A stretch of 64,000 bases of DNA from a phage. The notes under the pieces are model-generated. The model worked only from the letters and a program-made list of their open reading frames with translations, did not search any database and was not told where the DNA came from. Within the stretch, counting starts at the first letter, position 1. The number at the start of each line of letters is the position of its first letter. A program made the translations under genes and the position numbers. Below are positions 1 through 9,624 of this stretch, piece by piece. The stretch lies in NCBI GenBank assembly GCA_036252695.1, contig GCA_036252695.1_4122.1, one strand, 5' to 3'.

Positions 1-255
1 CAAAATGAGCAATCAGGATTTCGTTCCATCCATGTTGAATACAAAGGTAATACTGTAGTTGCAATTATTGCTAACAAAACTCTAGGAAACTGGACTGCAC
101 AGGTTGTTCCTATGGGATATTCTTACACATCTGATGAGGTACAATTCCTGGCTGAACTATATCGCCAAGTGCCGTTTATCATTAATGTACTAGAAGGTAA
201 TGATACATTATCACATGCAGATGTGATTAATTTTCTTGGAAACTTGCATGTGTGA
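1..255 (+). CDS. 3' end of an upstream gene (partial)
   Basis: Frame-1 reading frame open from the window edge to a TGA near 253-255; no start codon inside the window. Confidence 0.35.
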   Translation, partial: QNEQSGFRSIHVEYKGNTVVAIIANKTLGNWTAQVVPMGYSYTSDEVQFLAELYRQVPFIINVLEGNDTLSHADVINFLGNLHV

Positions 256-535
256 TGAAATAAATCTTACAGGATATTTTTTACAAGAATCAATGATTAA
301 ATTTAGTGAAAAATTTTCAGTACTGGATGGTATCGAAATGTGGCATGTCAAACCACTGTTCCACACTTTCAGTAAAGAGCACAAAATGTTATTGACTGAA
401 GCGAGTAAATCAAATAACATATGTGAAATCAAAATTGGTGTAAATGTCTATAAAGGGATGGTTATCTTTTTTGACAATAACAGCAACTACTTTTATATTG
501 TTAAGGAGCATTACGTTGACAAATACAAATACTAA
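236..535 (+). CDS. hypothetical protein
   Basis: 99-aa ATG-initiated ORF on the coding strand, compact overlap with neighbours. Confidence 0.4.
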   Translation: METCMCDEINLTGYFLQESMIKFSEKFSVLDGIEMWHVKPLFHTFSKEHKMLLTEASKSNNICEIKIGVNVYKGMVIFFDNNSNYFYIVKEHYVDKYKY

Positions 536-1130
536 TACATACTTCCGTTATCTTCGCTTAGGTCTTTCCCTACGTCCGATCCGTGGAAAGTGCGATTCAC
601 TCGCTGACCTTGACTATGCATATGCATTACATCATGAAGGTGTACAGTATGTATTGGGTGATTATGGTGAATTTGAAGAAACAAATGACAGTACTGGAAT
701 TAATGCTGGTGTAGAAAATCTTAACAACATTGCTAACAGTTCTCGCCATGACATTGTGTTACAGATTCAAAACTTTATTGAGCAGCACACAGGTAAACGT
801 GTTTGGTGCTATGTCGGTACTGATGCACAAATGTCAATTTCATTCGGTAACGATGAAGGATATGTTGCACAGCTTATTATGGATTTTGAATCTGAAGAGA
901 AGTTTTTAGAATTCAAAGAAAAGATTATTCAGTCACTTGTTGATATGGGTATCCCCGAAGATAAAATGCCAGAAGTTCAAAACATTGATGAATTTGTTTT
1001 GATTCCATCTGATGAGAAATATGATGCAATGTTTACTGCTCTTAATATTCCAGGAGTTATTGTGGAGTACTTTGATGATGGTGATGATAGTATCTATATC
1101 GATCTAGATGACGATGACGACGATGAATAA
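444..1130 (+). CDS. hypothetical acidic protein (start uncertain)
   Basis: 228-aa ORF ending in a poly-Asp/Glu tail (DLDDDDDDE); the N-terminal ~30 codons overlap the previous ORF and are low complexity, so the true start is probably downstream. Confidence 0.45.
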   Translation: MSIKGWLSFLTITATTFILLRSITLTNTNTNTYFRYLRLGLSLRPIRGKCDSLADLDYAYALHHEGVQYVLGDYGEFEETNDSTGINAGVENLNNIANSSRHDIVLQIQNFIEQHTGKRVWCYVGTDAQMSISFGNDEGYVAQLIMDFESEEKFLEFKEKIIQSLVDMGIPEDKMPEVQNIDEFVLIPSDEKYDAMFTALNIPGVIVEYFDDGDDSIYIDLDDDDDDE

Positions 1131-1137
1131 TGTACAT

Positions 1138-1166
1138 AGCCCGACATAAGTTCGGGCTATTTTTGT
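1138..1166 (+). terminator. rho-independent terminator
   Basis: Hairpin agcccga-loop-tcgggct followed by a T-run, directly after the stop of the acidic protein gene. Confidence 0.5.
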
Positions 1167-1176
1167 AAGGGGATAT

Positions 1177-1452
1177 ATGAATTATAAAGTTCTACAATAT
1201 ACATACAGTGTTTTGTTTGATTTACATCACAATGGAAGATATCTCAATACAATACGAGAAAACACATTCACTCATACTATCTGGATTAATCACTTAATAA
1301 TGATACGTGAATATTTTGTTAATAGTGAGATAATCATTCGTGGTAAAAAACAGAAGATAGAACAAGTTAATAGTTTTGGTGGTAAATTAGTACTATCATT
1401 TATAGATAGTAATACTAATGAAAGATATAGTATAGATTTGGTGGACATATGA
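1177..1452 (+). CDS. hypothetical protein, small paralog family
   Basis: 91-aa ORF; shares overall pattern with neighbouring small ORFs (N-terminal aromatic-rich helix, central Gly-Lys motif). Confidence 0.5.
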   Translation: MNYKVLQYTYSVLFDLHHNGRYLNTIRENTFTHTIWINHLIMIREYFVNSEIIIRGKKQKIEQVNSFGGKLVLSFIDSNTNERYSIDLVDI

Positions 1453-1715
1453 ATTATAAAGATTTCCTACTAACATACAAGATTATTCGAGATTTAGCAC
1501 ACGACAATGATAGCCCTAGTCTAGAAGACACATGCACTGAAATGATTCATACAATTCGTGGTAAGATTAAAAAAAAATTCAGTACTGTTATTATTGGTGA
1601 TGACCATGCAGAATTTTCTGATATAATCATTAGACGTGATGGTAAAGTTGAGGTTCAGTACTACACTGATTTTGGATTTACCAGTATTCCGTTGGAGATA
1701 TTCCCTTGGGATTAA
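1449..1715 (+). CDS. hypothetical protein, small paralog family
   Basis: 88-aa ORF with ATGA stop-start overlap with the previous gene; N-terminus MNYK.. like the preceding ORF. Confidence 0.5.
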   Translation: MNYKDFLLTYKIIRDLAHDNDSPSLEDTCTEMIHTIRGKIKKKFSTVIIGDDHAEFSDIIIRRDGKVEVQYYTDFGFTSIPLEIFPWD

Positions 1716-2017
1716 ATTTAAATGATATACAATTCACTTATAAGATCCTATATGATTTGTATGATGTATACCTTGTTAGTAACAAAATAGGTTCACATAA
1801 CCCATACAAAGAACAACCATTTATTGATTTATATATTGAGTACTTAGATTCAGTAGGTGAATATATAAAAAAGAATTACAGTACTTTTATCGACGGAAAT
1901 GATATATTCGAGTTCTCTGGAGTTAAATCATACAATGGGATTATCCATGTTGAATTTCTTGAAATAACCGATAGGGGATTTATCGAGATTAAAGTTGTGA
2001 AGTTGGTGAATTTATAA
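1706..2017 (+). CDS. hypothetical protein, small paralog family
   Basis: 103-aa ORF; N-terminal LNDIQFTYK motif shared with the next ORF. Confidence 0.5.
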   Translation: MGLNLNDIQFTYKILYDLYDVYLVSNKIGSHNPYKEQPFIDLYIEYLDSVGEYIKKNYSTFIDGNDIFEFSGVKSYNGIIHVEFLEITDRGFIEIKVVKLVNL

Positions 2018-2027
2018 GAGGTTACAT

Positions 2028-2339
2028 ATGTTATTAAATGATATACAATTCACATACAAATTTTTGTATATCCAATACGCTACGGTTGATGCTGGAGAAT
2101 ATCTCTACGGTGAAATCTATCGTTCGGTATGGATAAAGTTTTTGGATGAATTACATGAATATTACCATGATTTGTGTATAGTTCGTGATAATAAAATATA
2201 CAAATTCCGCGATATTGTTAGTCATAGCGGTAAGCTACGATTGGAATTAAGTACTGATAGTGATGTTGATTGGATTGGTGTAAATTTACTGGAGTTGGAG
2301 AATGAAAAACAACTTAAAGGAAATACAAGTATTTTATAA
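2028..2339 (+). CDS. hypothetical protein, small paralog family
   Basis: 103-aa ORF; MLLNDIQFTYKFLY N-terminus is a near-duplicate of the preceding ORF. Confidence 0.5.
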   Translation: MLLNDIQFTYKFLYIQYATVDAGEYLYGEIYRSVWIKFLDELHEYYHDLCIVRDNKIYKFRDIVSHSGKLRLELSTDSDVDWIGVNLLELENEKQLKGNTSIL

Positions 2340-2586
2340 ATTCTTATACTTGTCATATGTAAAAGATGAGTACTATGAAAGTGTGTATTATTTTTTATGG
2401 CAACATTACCGTACTATAGTAAGAGATTTATATATAGGAAAATCTATCATATCCAATGGTGAAAAATGTATATGTACTGATGTTGTTAGTTTTAATGGTT
2501 CTTTAACACTGTGTTTCAGATGCGATAATAATAATGGGTCATTTTCATTAAACGTATATCAGTTAGAAGGAATAAATTTTGAATAA
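2302..2586 (+). CDS. hypothetical protein, small paralog family
   Basis: 94-aa ORF with LYIGKSII motif. Confidence 0.45.
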   Translation: MKNNLKEIQVFYKFLYLSYVKDEYYESVYYFLWQHYRTIVRDLYIGKSIISNGEKCICTDVVSFNGSLTLCFRCDNNNGSFSLNVYQLEGINFE

Positions 2587-2779
2587 ATGTCCATATTGTA
2601 ACAGTACTCAATTAGCTCGTTTCCGTTTAGATTCAGACTGGGCGACTGGTGCTGGTGATTTCTTCCCTATTAATGATGATGCAGAATACACCGAAGAACA
2701 GCACAAAGATTTTGATAAATCATGGCGACCTGACATTGAGTGCATTTATTGCCTTAATTGTGAGCGTGTTCATGACTAA
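2579..2779 (+). CDS. small zinc-ribbon protein
   Basis: 66-aa ORF with CPYC ... CIYCLNC cysteine pairs. Confidence 0.45.
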   Translation: MNKCPYCNSTQLARFRLDSDWATGAGDFFPINDDAEYTEEQHKDFDKSWRPDIECIYCLNCERVHD

Positions 2780-3035
2780 AGCTGAACTAATAGTTCATAC
2801 ATATAAAATGATATCAAGTACTGAGTTATCATATAGTGCAGATAATCCAGTACTGGATTATTTTGTTGAATTATTGAAAGAGCATTATATTGGTAAATCA
2901 CTGATTCTTAATAATATTAATTTCACGGTAAAGGATGTAGCACCTGGAAAAAACGTACTAATAGTATGTGTTACTTCATCTGATAACCCAGTATACCCAA
3001 TATCAATAATTTTTGAGATATTAGGAGATTTATGA
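2772..3035 (+). CDS. hypothetical protein, small paralog family
   Basis: Internal ATG of ORF 2649..3035, overlapping the previous stop (ATGA); contains KEHYIGKSLIL motif. Confidence 0.45.
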   Translation: MTKAELIVHTYKMISSTELSYSADNPVLDYFVELLKEHYIGKSLILNNINFTVKDVAPGKNVLIVCVTSSDNPVYPISIIFEILGDL

Positions 3036-3322
3036 ATATCATTTTAATGCAGAAAACATATGCTATATTGGTGAAAGATTATTCCATTACTTTCGATTCA
3101 CAAGAAAGTGCTCTACATAACCTATACAAAAACGTAACACAAGAATACAGAAATATGTTTTCTGACTTAGTAGTAGGAAGGTATTTCAGTACTAGAAAAT
3201 ACCCAAAACTTCAAATAGTTGATGTTTCTTTTTATTTCAATGGTCATATTACTATTCATAGTTTAGACCAAGATTCAACAACGTACTTAAACTTTTCATT
3301 TGATGAGGTAACATTTTTATGA
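3032..3322 (+). CDS. hypothetical protein
   Basis: 96-aa ORF, ATGA overlap with the upstream gene. Confidence 0.5.
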   Translation: MNIILMQKTYAILVKDYSITFDSQESALHNLYKNVTQEYRNMFSDLVVGRYFSTRKYPKLQIVDVSFYFNGHITIHSLDQDSTTYLNFSFDEVTFL

Positions 3323-3495
3323 GAACAGTATTTTTTATCTGGAGTCTTTTTTCATTGGCAGTACTGACAGTATGTGGGATTTGTTTCCTTTCATCAATTA
3401 ATACTTGGTATATCAATTTACTATTTCCATTTGTCGGTGTTGGATTAGGATTTACTTTACATAGTGTATGTAAGGATTACAATGAGAACAAATGA
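3319..3495 (+). CDS. small hydrophobic membrane protein
   Basis: 58-aa ORF absent from the supplied track (below its size cutoff); two hydrophobic segments; ATGA overlap with the upstream gene. Confidence 0.3.
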   Translation: MRTVFFIWSLFSLAVLTVCGICFLSSINTWYINLLFPFVGVGLGFTLHSVCKDYNENK

Positions 3496-3760
3496 AGTAC
3501 TTGTTGCTGAAACAATGAAGATGATTTACGATATCACGTCAGCACAGAATATGCCATATCCAACTAAGTCTTTATTGAGGACTGTGTATCTGGGGATAGT
3601 ACAGGAGTACTACAAATCCAAGCACAGAAGCATTATTAGTGTTTATCGTGATTATGAAAGGATTCGTATTTTATTCTGGAACAAGAATCGAGTACGTTCT
3701 GAATGTGATCTAGTAGATTTTAAATTAGAGAATCTTTATTGCTATAAACAGGGACAATAG
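3482..3760 (+). CDS. hypothetical protein
   Basis: ATG at 3482 preceded by AAGGA; reading frame of track ORF 3464..3760. Confidence 0.45.
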   Translation: MRTNEVLVAETMKMIYDITSAQNMPYPTKSLLRTVYLGIVQEYYKSKHRSIISVYRDYERIRILFWNKNRVRSECDLVDFKLENLYCYKQGQ

Positions 3761-3779
3761 TCTAATTCATGATATAATA
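3751..3779 (+). promoter_or_regulatory. sigma70-like early promoter (GGGACA -35, TGaTATAAT extended -10)
   Basis: gggaca, 16-nt spacer, TG-a-tataat; same architecture recurs at four other sites. Confidence 0.5.
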
Positions 3780-3818
3780 ATGGGTAAGGAACAATAATTA
3801 ACACAAGGAGTGTGTGAA

Positions 3819-4547
3819 ATGCTTGACCGTATCCGTTTCGCTACAGAGATGGCGAATGAATTAAACATGGCAAATTTCCAAATGTTAACATCAGTAATGG
3901 CTGAACATGCATGTGCTTATTCTGTAAGTGGTGTGCAGTGTGGTCAGGAGAATATGTTAGCAGATGTTTATAGTGAAGTACAAAGTAAGCAATATAGTGT
4001 AAAGACATATAAGGATAAGTTTGTTAGTCTTTATATGAACGAAGATATTGCCGAAGACCGCAAATTCACTGATTTTATTATTGAACGCCGAGTATCAGGT
4101 GTATCTAATCCTAATGCATCAAGCGATGAAGTTTTTGCAGAAGTACTGAAAGATATATACGAAAATGAATTAAAAAGTAAGAATCATTACAATGTACGTG
4201 AAACTAACACAGTGCTCTTGGGATATGATGAAGACGAAGAATACTATTATTTTCGTATGACTGAAGTTCCTTTTGAATACAAATCTCCATATACAACTAC
4301 AGTGAAAGAATTTACTGAAAAAAGTAAAAACTTTATGAAGCATGAAGGAAATCGTTGTAGTATAAATGGTTATGACGAAAATGGCATTCACATTTATGAA
4401 TGGGTTCACCCAAATTGTCAGACATACACTCGTTGCTTGAAAAAACGTTATAATTTAGAAGAGCATGAATCATTCTATTTTAAAGTTAAGAAGCAAGGTT
4501 ATACTCGCCCCGCCGATTCTGAATTGATGGGTATGATATATTTCTAA
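3819..4547 (+). CDS. hypothetical protein
   Basis: ATG at 3819 preceded by AAGGAG with 8-nt spacing; ~243 aa, downstream of the promoter. Confidence 0.6.
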   Translation: MLDRIRFATEMANELNMANFQMLTSVMAEHACAYSVSGVQCGQENMLADVYSEVQSKQYSVKTYKDKFVSLYMNEDIAEDRKFTDFIIERRVSGVSNPNASSDEVFAEVLKDIYENELKSKNHYNVRETNTVLLGYDEDEEYYYFRMTEVPFEYKSPYTTTVKEFTEKSKNFMKHEGNRCSINGYDENGIHIYEWVHPNCQTYTRCLKKRYNLEEHESFYFKVKKQGYTRPADSELMGMIYF

Positions 4548-4557
4548 GGAAACTTCT

Positions 4558-4839
4558 ATGGATTTTTATCTACACACATGGACATACGAACAATATATTA
4601 CATTATATCTTGAAATTATTAACACAGAACCTAGGTGTGGTTGTAGGTTCGCAGATATCATAAAAGAGTATGCTGACGAGTTCGAGTTTGTGTATCTTGG
4701 GTCTGATATATTTGTAAAAAGTGTAGGTAAAACCGGACGAATCACTGATATAGATTACGACACTGTTAGTGTGAATTTCTATGTTGATTTTCCTGATGCT
4801 GGCGTTGATGGTGTATATTGTCTTTATGAAATAATTTAA
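4558..4839 (+). CDS. hypothetical protein
   Basis: 93-aa ORF followed by a terminator. Confidence 0.5.
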   Translation: MDFYLHTWTYEQYITLYLEIINTEPRCGCRFADIIKEYADEFEFVYLGSDIFVKSVGKTGRITDIDYDTVSVNFYVDFPDAGVDGVYCLYEII

Positions 4840-4845
4840 ATTCTT

Positions 4846-4870
4846 AGGCCAGCGTTTGCTGGTCTTTTTT
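4846..4870 (+). terminator. rho-independent terminator
   Basis: ggccagc-gttt-gctggtc hairpin followed by a T-run. Confidence 0.5.
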
Positions 4871-4883
4871 CGCAGGTACAAAG

Positions 4884-5186
4884 ATGTTCAGTATAGATTT
4901 AATTAACAGTACTATCAAAATGTTGGCTGATTTGGTGAGACAATCCAATGGAACTTTATATCCATCAATGTATAAAATGTTTGACCGATACATCAAGGAT
5001 TGTAACATATCATTATATGGACTTGCTGTTGATATAGACGATTACTATGGAATTAATACTTCATATAAAACAGGAATTTTAATTGGTATTAATATAAAGA
5101 TGGGGTATTTACCTTATTACTGTATAGGATTACCAGATAATACTTTTGTAGAATATCCAGCCAGTACTATTAAATTAAGAGGATAA
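4884..5186 (+). CDS. hypothetical protein
   Basis: 100-aa ORF. Confidence 0.5.
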   Translation: MFSIDLINSTIKMLADLVRQSNGTLYPSMYKMFDRYIKDCNISLYGLAVDIDDYYGINTSYKTGILIGINIKMGYLPYYCIGLPDNTFVEYPASTIKLRG

Positions 5187-5193
5187 AACTAAA

Positions 5194-5772
5194 ATGAATG
5201 TATTAGAATTAAGTACTAAGCTGATTAGTATGCGTAATGAGTGGTACGATTGGTTTTATAATGGTACTGATATGGATTTTTCAAAATATCCATTTATGGA
5301 ATCAGGATGTGATGCAAGATACCGCTGGTTGAGCAAAGATTGTTCTGGTTTACATATTCTAGTTGACGATAGTGGTCAGGGAATTATAAAAGATTTACTT
5401 CAAGTTGAACAACTCGTCCATGATAATTGGTGTGATAACGATCCATACCTTGGAAATATGATTTATGTAAGTGAAGATGATTGCATATTCGTTATCCAGC
5501 GTCATGGTAATTCTATGTTTTATGTAGCAGATAGCAGTACTCCAGAAGGTGCAGCAGCCGATGGACTTATGCCTAAGATTGATATATTGGAATTTGGATT
5601 ACCTGAGCACTTCCAGATTAGTACTTTATACGATATTCCACCACTTGAGTTCTTTGAAGAATTTAAATTGTACTACAATGATCTTCAAAAATTGAGTACT
5701 GATCGACGCATTGAAATAACTGTTAAGTACATGGACGGAACGAAATTAACTGATACGGGGATAGAATTTTGA
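5194..5772 (+). CDS. hypothetical protein
   Basis: 192-aa ORF preceded by a GGA-rich RBS. Confidence 0.55.
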   Translation: MNVLELSTKLISMRNEWYDWFYNGTDMDFSKYPFMESGCDARYRWLSKDCSGLHILVDDSGQGIIKDLLQVEQLVHDNWCDNDPYLGNMIYVSEDDCIFVIQRHGNSMFYVADSSTPEGAAADGLMPKIDILEFGLPEHFQISTLYDIPPLEFFEEFKLYYNDLQKLSTDRRIEITVKYMDGTKLTDTGIEF

Positions 5773-6458
5773 TTAAAGATTTAGATAGAATTTTATATGT
5801 ACTAAGGGGTGTAATTACATTACATCCACAAATCAATCGAATTGAAAGTACATTTCAGTTGGAGTCAAGAGAAACTCCATATTCACATATATCAAATGTA
5901 GTTGGTTCACTCAGTACTGAAGACTCGTCTTACGATATTTGTGTATGTGAAGTACAACCAAGTTCGGATCTTGGATTTGCTATTTTTGATAAAGATCAAA
6001 ATCTCATTAGTATGTTTCAGTGCAATAATCCTTTTTGGAAAACATGCCTGTATCCAGAGTGGGCTATGCTTGATCCAACCAAGAGTACCATTAAAGTTTA
6101 TGACTCTAAAAATGATGAAGTCGTTATTGATTTGGATGAGTCAATGTCAGAGGAAGAACACTTTCAGCTAATGATGATGCGTGCTATGCCGGAATACAAT
6201 GCAATGATTAACACTGTGCAATACATTAAGGATACCATGCCAGCGTTGCGTACACATGAGTTTTGTCATCCGGTATTGTATGAACATCTAGATTTAGACT
6301 TCAGTACTATTAAATTTAAAGATAGTGTTAAAAAATATATTCAAGAGAATGTTAAATTTGATTTTATTAGTACTATGAACAATAATCCAAAAACTAATTT
6401 TAGGCATCAGTACAATGAATCTTTGTCTAATGGACGTGATACCAGTTGGTGGAAATAA
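5769..6458 (+). CDS. hypothetical protein
   Basis: 229-aa ORF with stop-start overlap. Confidence 0.55.
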   Translation: MIKDLDRILYVLRGVITLHPQINRIESTFQLESRETPYSHISNVVGSLSTEDSSYDICVCEVQPSSDLGFAIFDKDQNLISMFQCNNPFWKTCLYPEWAMLDPTKSTIKVYDSKNDEVVIDLDESMSEEEHFQLMMMRAMPEYNAMINTVQYIKDTMPALRTHEFCHPVLYEHLDLDFSTIKFKDSVKKYIQENVKFDFISTMNNNPKTNFRHQYNESLSNGRDTSWWK

Positions 6459-6459
6459 T

Positions 6460-6723
6460 ATGAATATTCAAGATAGATTACAATTACTGTACACACTTGA
6501 ACAGGCTGCTTATGATCTTGTTCGAAAAATCTCAGATGAACTACCTAAAGGAACTAAAGTTCGTGTACGTGAGATGAATTATTTTTCTGGAGTAATTGAA
6601 GAACAAGTACTAACAGTGAATAAAGTAACATACTATGAATCTGAGTTGTCTATTCAGTGTGAATCTGATGATGGATTAATATCATATTATGGAACTGATG
6701 TAGATATAGAGGTAATAAAATGA
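6460..6723 (+). CDS. hypothetical protein, small paralog family
   Basis: Internal ATG at 6460 just after the upstream stop; LPKGTKVRVREMNYF motif like other small paralogs. Confidence 0.45.
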   Translation: MNIQDRLQLLYTLEQAAYDLVRKISDELPKGTKVRVREMNYFSGVIEEQVLTVNKVTYYESELSIQCESDDGLISYYGTDVDIEVIK

Positions 6724-7862
6724 CCCTTTTGCAAATATATGAAGATTTAATGCACTTATGTAATACAAACGATGCATTCTTTTATGTGGATCATAAAAGT
6801 CCTGCTGGTGGCACGTATCGTGTATTCAGTTATCGTCTAGCATCATACACTGATTTCATGCAACCAAATGCGTTGGAAACCCGTGGCTCTATGTGGGAAA
6901 TTGATGAAGAAGGTGAAATGATACGTTGTGCAGCACGTACAATGAAAAAGTTCTTCAATGCTTACGAGAATCCTGCTACAATGTTCCCTGCTAACACCAC
7001 ATGCGATGACATTGCGGTAGTGATGCCTAAGTTGGATGGTTCGATTATCAGTACTTACCGTGATAATGATGGTGAGATTCGTTGTAAATCACATACTGCA
7101 TTGTATTCTGACCATGCGATTAACAGTACTCGACTTATTAACGAGAACCAGAATTTGTATCAGTACATCGACGAAGCGGAACGTTTAGGTTACACAGTTA
7201 ATATGGAGTATACAAGCCCAGAGTACCGAATTGTATTACCATATCAGGTAGAACAACTGTTTGTACTGAACGTTCGTCATCGTGTGAGTGGTGAGTTGCT
7301 ATGTGGTAAAGCACTACGTGATAAGTTTCCATGTCTTGCACAGTACAGTACTAATATGACTGGAAAAGATATTCATCACACTTTTCCGGTACGAAATACC
7401 TTCCGTGAAAGCGTGGAGGAAGTTCATAAAATGCTTGATATTGAGGGTTTTGTGTGCATCCTAAATAATGGGACAATGTGTAAAATAAAGACTGACTGGT
7501 ACAGTTCATTACATCTTACAAAAGATAGTATTATTATTGATTCTCATTTATATGAAGCAGTATTAAATGGTTCAAGTGATGATTTAAAACAATTGTTCAG
7601 TACTGATGAATATGCTATGCAAAAGATATTAAGAATGGAACAATTGGTATTTTCGTGCTATAATGCATTACAAGATGAAGTAGAAAGCTTCGTCAAGGAA
7701 CACAAGCACTTGGAGCGAAAGGAATTCGCAATGAAGGTTCAGGAGTGTTTAACTAATGAACTGAATCGTCAGGGCTTGGCCTTTGCAATGTATAACAATA
7801 AGAAAGTTGATTACAAAGAGACTCTTATAAAATACATGAAAATTGTACTAAAGGATTTTTAG
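6720..7862 (+). CDS. rnlA: RNA ligase 1 (T4 gp63-like)
   Basis: 380-aa protein colinear with T4 Rnl1 as recalled: FFYVDHKS..GGTYRVFSY, ETRGSMWEI and the nucleotidyl-lysine motif MPKLDGS. Confidence 0.8.
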   Translation: MTLLQIYEDLMHLCNTNDAFFYVDHKSPAGGTYRVFSYRLASYTDFMQPNALETRGSMWEIDEEGEMIRCAARTMKKFFNAYENPATMFPANTTCDDIAVVMPKLDGSIISTYRDNDGEIRCKSHTALYSDHAINSTRLINENQNLYQYIDEAERLGYTVNMEYTSPEYRIVLPYQVEQLFVLNVRHRVSGELLCGKALRDKFPCLAQYSTNMTGKDIHHTFPVRNTFRESVEEVHKMLDIEGFVCILNNGTMCKIKTDWYSSLHLTKDSIIIDSHLYEAVLNGSSDDLKQLFSTDEYAMQKILRMEQLVFSCYNALQDEVESFVKEHKHLERKEFAMKVQECLTNELNRQGLAFAMYNNKKVDYKETLIKYMKIVLKDF

Positions 7863-7892
7863 TACTATCTAGCCTAAGCACAAGGAGAAGTG

Positions 7893-8147
7893 ATGGCTAA
7901 ACCTAAGTATAAAAATGACGGTTCCCTTTCTCCGACTGAGTTCAGGAAAATACAAGAAGAAATCGATGAATTACAGCACAAACGCTCAATGAAAGGTGTG
8001 AAGATAAGTAAGAAACGAATCGAGAATACCTTCGGATGTAGTAGTACTGAATACAAGAAGAAAAGGAAACCAAAAGGTGTTAAGCCGAGAATACATGATG
8101 TAACTCGCTATACATCGAAACGTGAAAATAAATTTGACCCACTATAA
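7893..8147 (+). CDS. hypothetical basic protein
   Basis: ATG at 7893 after AAGGAG; Lys/Arg-rich 85-aa product. Confidence 0.5.
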   Translation: MAKPKYKNDGSLSPTEFRKIQEEIDELQHKRSMKGVKISKKRIENTFGCSSTEYKKKRKPKGVKPRIHDVTRYTSKRENKFDPL

Positions 8148-8156
8148 GGAGTTCAT

Positions 8157-8393
8157 ATGAAAGTTGAAGTTCAGCATAGTATTGTTCAGGATATGTCAGT
8201 AGTTAAATTTCTTTCCTTGAAAGATTATTTCAGATGTATCAAGTTCCTAGAAGAATCTCAATTACAGTGGACCCCATTAAAGTACAGTTCATCCAATGAT
8301 ACTGCTAGTATTCGTTGTGATGAATCTGTACTTGTGAAAATCTCCAAGCGATTTGGAGTTGGGAAATATAATGATAAACAATGCACAAAGTAA
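8157..8393 (+). CDS. hypothetical protein
   Basis: 78-aa ORF. Confidence 0.45.
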   Translation: MKVEVQHSIVQDMSVVKFLSLKDYFRCIKFLEESQLQWTPLKYSSSNDTASIRCDESVLVKISKRFGVGKYNDKQCTK

Positions 8394-8682
8394 TTTACTA
8401 TATATAAAGTCAGTAGAAGCTGAAATTAAAAATTCAGTACAAACTATCGTCGATGAAATGATTGACAAATACAAGAGCAATCTTATTGGGAAGAAAGTCA
8501 GATGTTGGGATTACACATTTAAACACTGGTACGATTCCGAGATTGTGAAAGTTGATGTGAATACTGATAGTAATGGTCTAATTAATGGTATTGCGTATAT
8601 TGGTGTTTTAATACGAAAGGGAACACCACAGGAATGGCTCACCTATCATAATATAGAGCATGTTAAATTTTTAGAGGATTAA
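8371..8682 (+). CDS. hypothetical protein, small paralog family
   Basis: ATG at 8371; LIGKKVRCWDY motif; overlaps the previous ORF, so one of the two starts is uncertain. Confidence 0.45.
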   Translation: MINNAQSNLLYIKSVEAEIKNSVQTIVDEMIDKYKSNLIGKKVRCWDYTFKHWYDSEIVKVDVNTDSNGLINGIAYIGVLIRKGTPQEWLTYHNIEHVKFLED

Positions 8683-8685
8683 AGG

Positions 8686-9618
8686 ATGCCAACTATCACA
8701 CTAACAGTTGGATTGCCTGGGTGTGGTAAAACTACATGGGCAGTGCAAGAGATTAAAAAAGCCAAATCCAAGACTATCAACATCAACCGTGATGATATTC
8801 GTGAATCTATGGCTGGGTCACATGATGCTTACAAATTCAACGATGCTAATGAGCAGTACGTAGATAATTTACAGTTCAGTGCAGCAAATTCAGCAGCAGA
8901 GAATGGTTGGAACATCATAGTATCCGATACAAACCTTAAACCACATTTCCGTAATCTCTGGAAAGTATGGGCTACAGATAATGGTTATGATTACAAAGAA
9001 AAGAACTTCTATGATGATTTTGTACCTAATGAAGACCGTGGTGCAGATGTTCATGAATTCTTTAAGATTAAAGAGTTCGTAAAACTTTGTAAGAAATATA
9101 ACCTCCAGCGTGAGCGTTCAGTACCAGATGATATCATTGACAAAATGGCAGATACGTACTATTATAGTAAAGCATTACACATTGGTTACTATGGTAATTC
9201 ACGCGAAGCTGCTATCATCGTTGATATCGATGGAACTCTTGCTCATAAATGGGGTCGTAATCCTTACGATGAAAGTACTGTTCTTCAGGATACACCTGAT
9301 GAAGAAGTTATTTTGTCTATTATCGCTGAAGCAGTTTTTCATAAACGCAAGATTATCGTCATGAGTGGGCGTACTGAAGGGTGTCGTGCGGATACCGAAC
9401 AGTGGCTTAAGAATTGGGGTGTTCCTTACGATGCATTGTTTATGCGAGATATCGATGATAAACGTCCTGATGATGTTGTAAAATTCGACCTGTACATGAA
9501 AAATGTGGTTGATCATTACGATGTTAAAAAGGTATATGATGACCGCGATCAAGTTGTATTCATGTGGCGTAAGCTACTTGGGTTGAAAGTTTTCCAAGTG
9601 GCTGAAGGAAATTTCTAA
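8686..9618 (+). CDS. pseT: polynucleotide 5'-kinase / 3'-phosphatase
   Basis: N-terminal Walker A (GLPGCGKTT) kinase module and C-terminal DxDGT (VDIDGTLA) HAD-type phosphatase module; colinear with T4 Pnk; GAGGA RBS. Confidence 0.85.
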   Translation: MPTITLTVGLPGCGKTTWAVQEIKKAKSKTININRDDIRESMAGSHDAYKFNDANEQYVDNLQFSAANSAAENGWNIIVSDTNLKPHFRNLWKVWATDNGYDYKEKNFYDDFVPNEDRGADVHEFFKIKEFVKLCKKYNLQRERSVPDDIIDKMADTYYYSKALHIGYYGNSREAAIIVDIDGTLAHKWGRNPYDESTVLQDTPDEEVILSIIAEAVFHKRKIIVMSGRTEGCRADTEQWLKNWGVPYDALFMRDIDDKRPDDVVKFDLYMKNVVDHYDVKKVYDDRDQVVFMWRKLLGLKVFQVAEGNF

Positions 9619-9624
9619 TACAAA

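Noticed and set aside
211-432. Minus-strand ORFs nested inside + strand genes (211..432, 4170..4409, 4603..4881, 9199..9552, 11761..12054, 16874..17251, 27398..27706, 29989..30264, 53412..53714 and similar)
   Set aside because: They lie antisense within longer, better-supported + strand genes, lack RBS context and have odd composition; treated as spurious.
444-535. N-terminal 30 codons of ORF 444..1130 as genuine coding sequence
   Set aside because: This part overlaps ORF 236..535 and encodes low-complexity Thr-Asn repeats; the true start is probably downstream, but no in-frame ATG could be fixed confidently.
5902-6171. Alternative-frame + strand ORFs inside larger genes (5902..6171, 9110..9364, 31638..31868, 37085..37357, 39208..39411, 61087..61320, 17951..18169)
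   Set aside because: Fully overlapped by longer ORFs that carry recognisable domains or better starts; products are low complexity.
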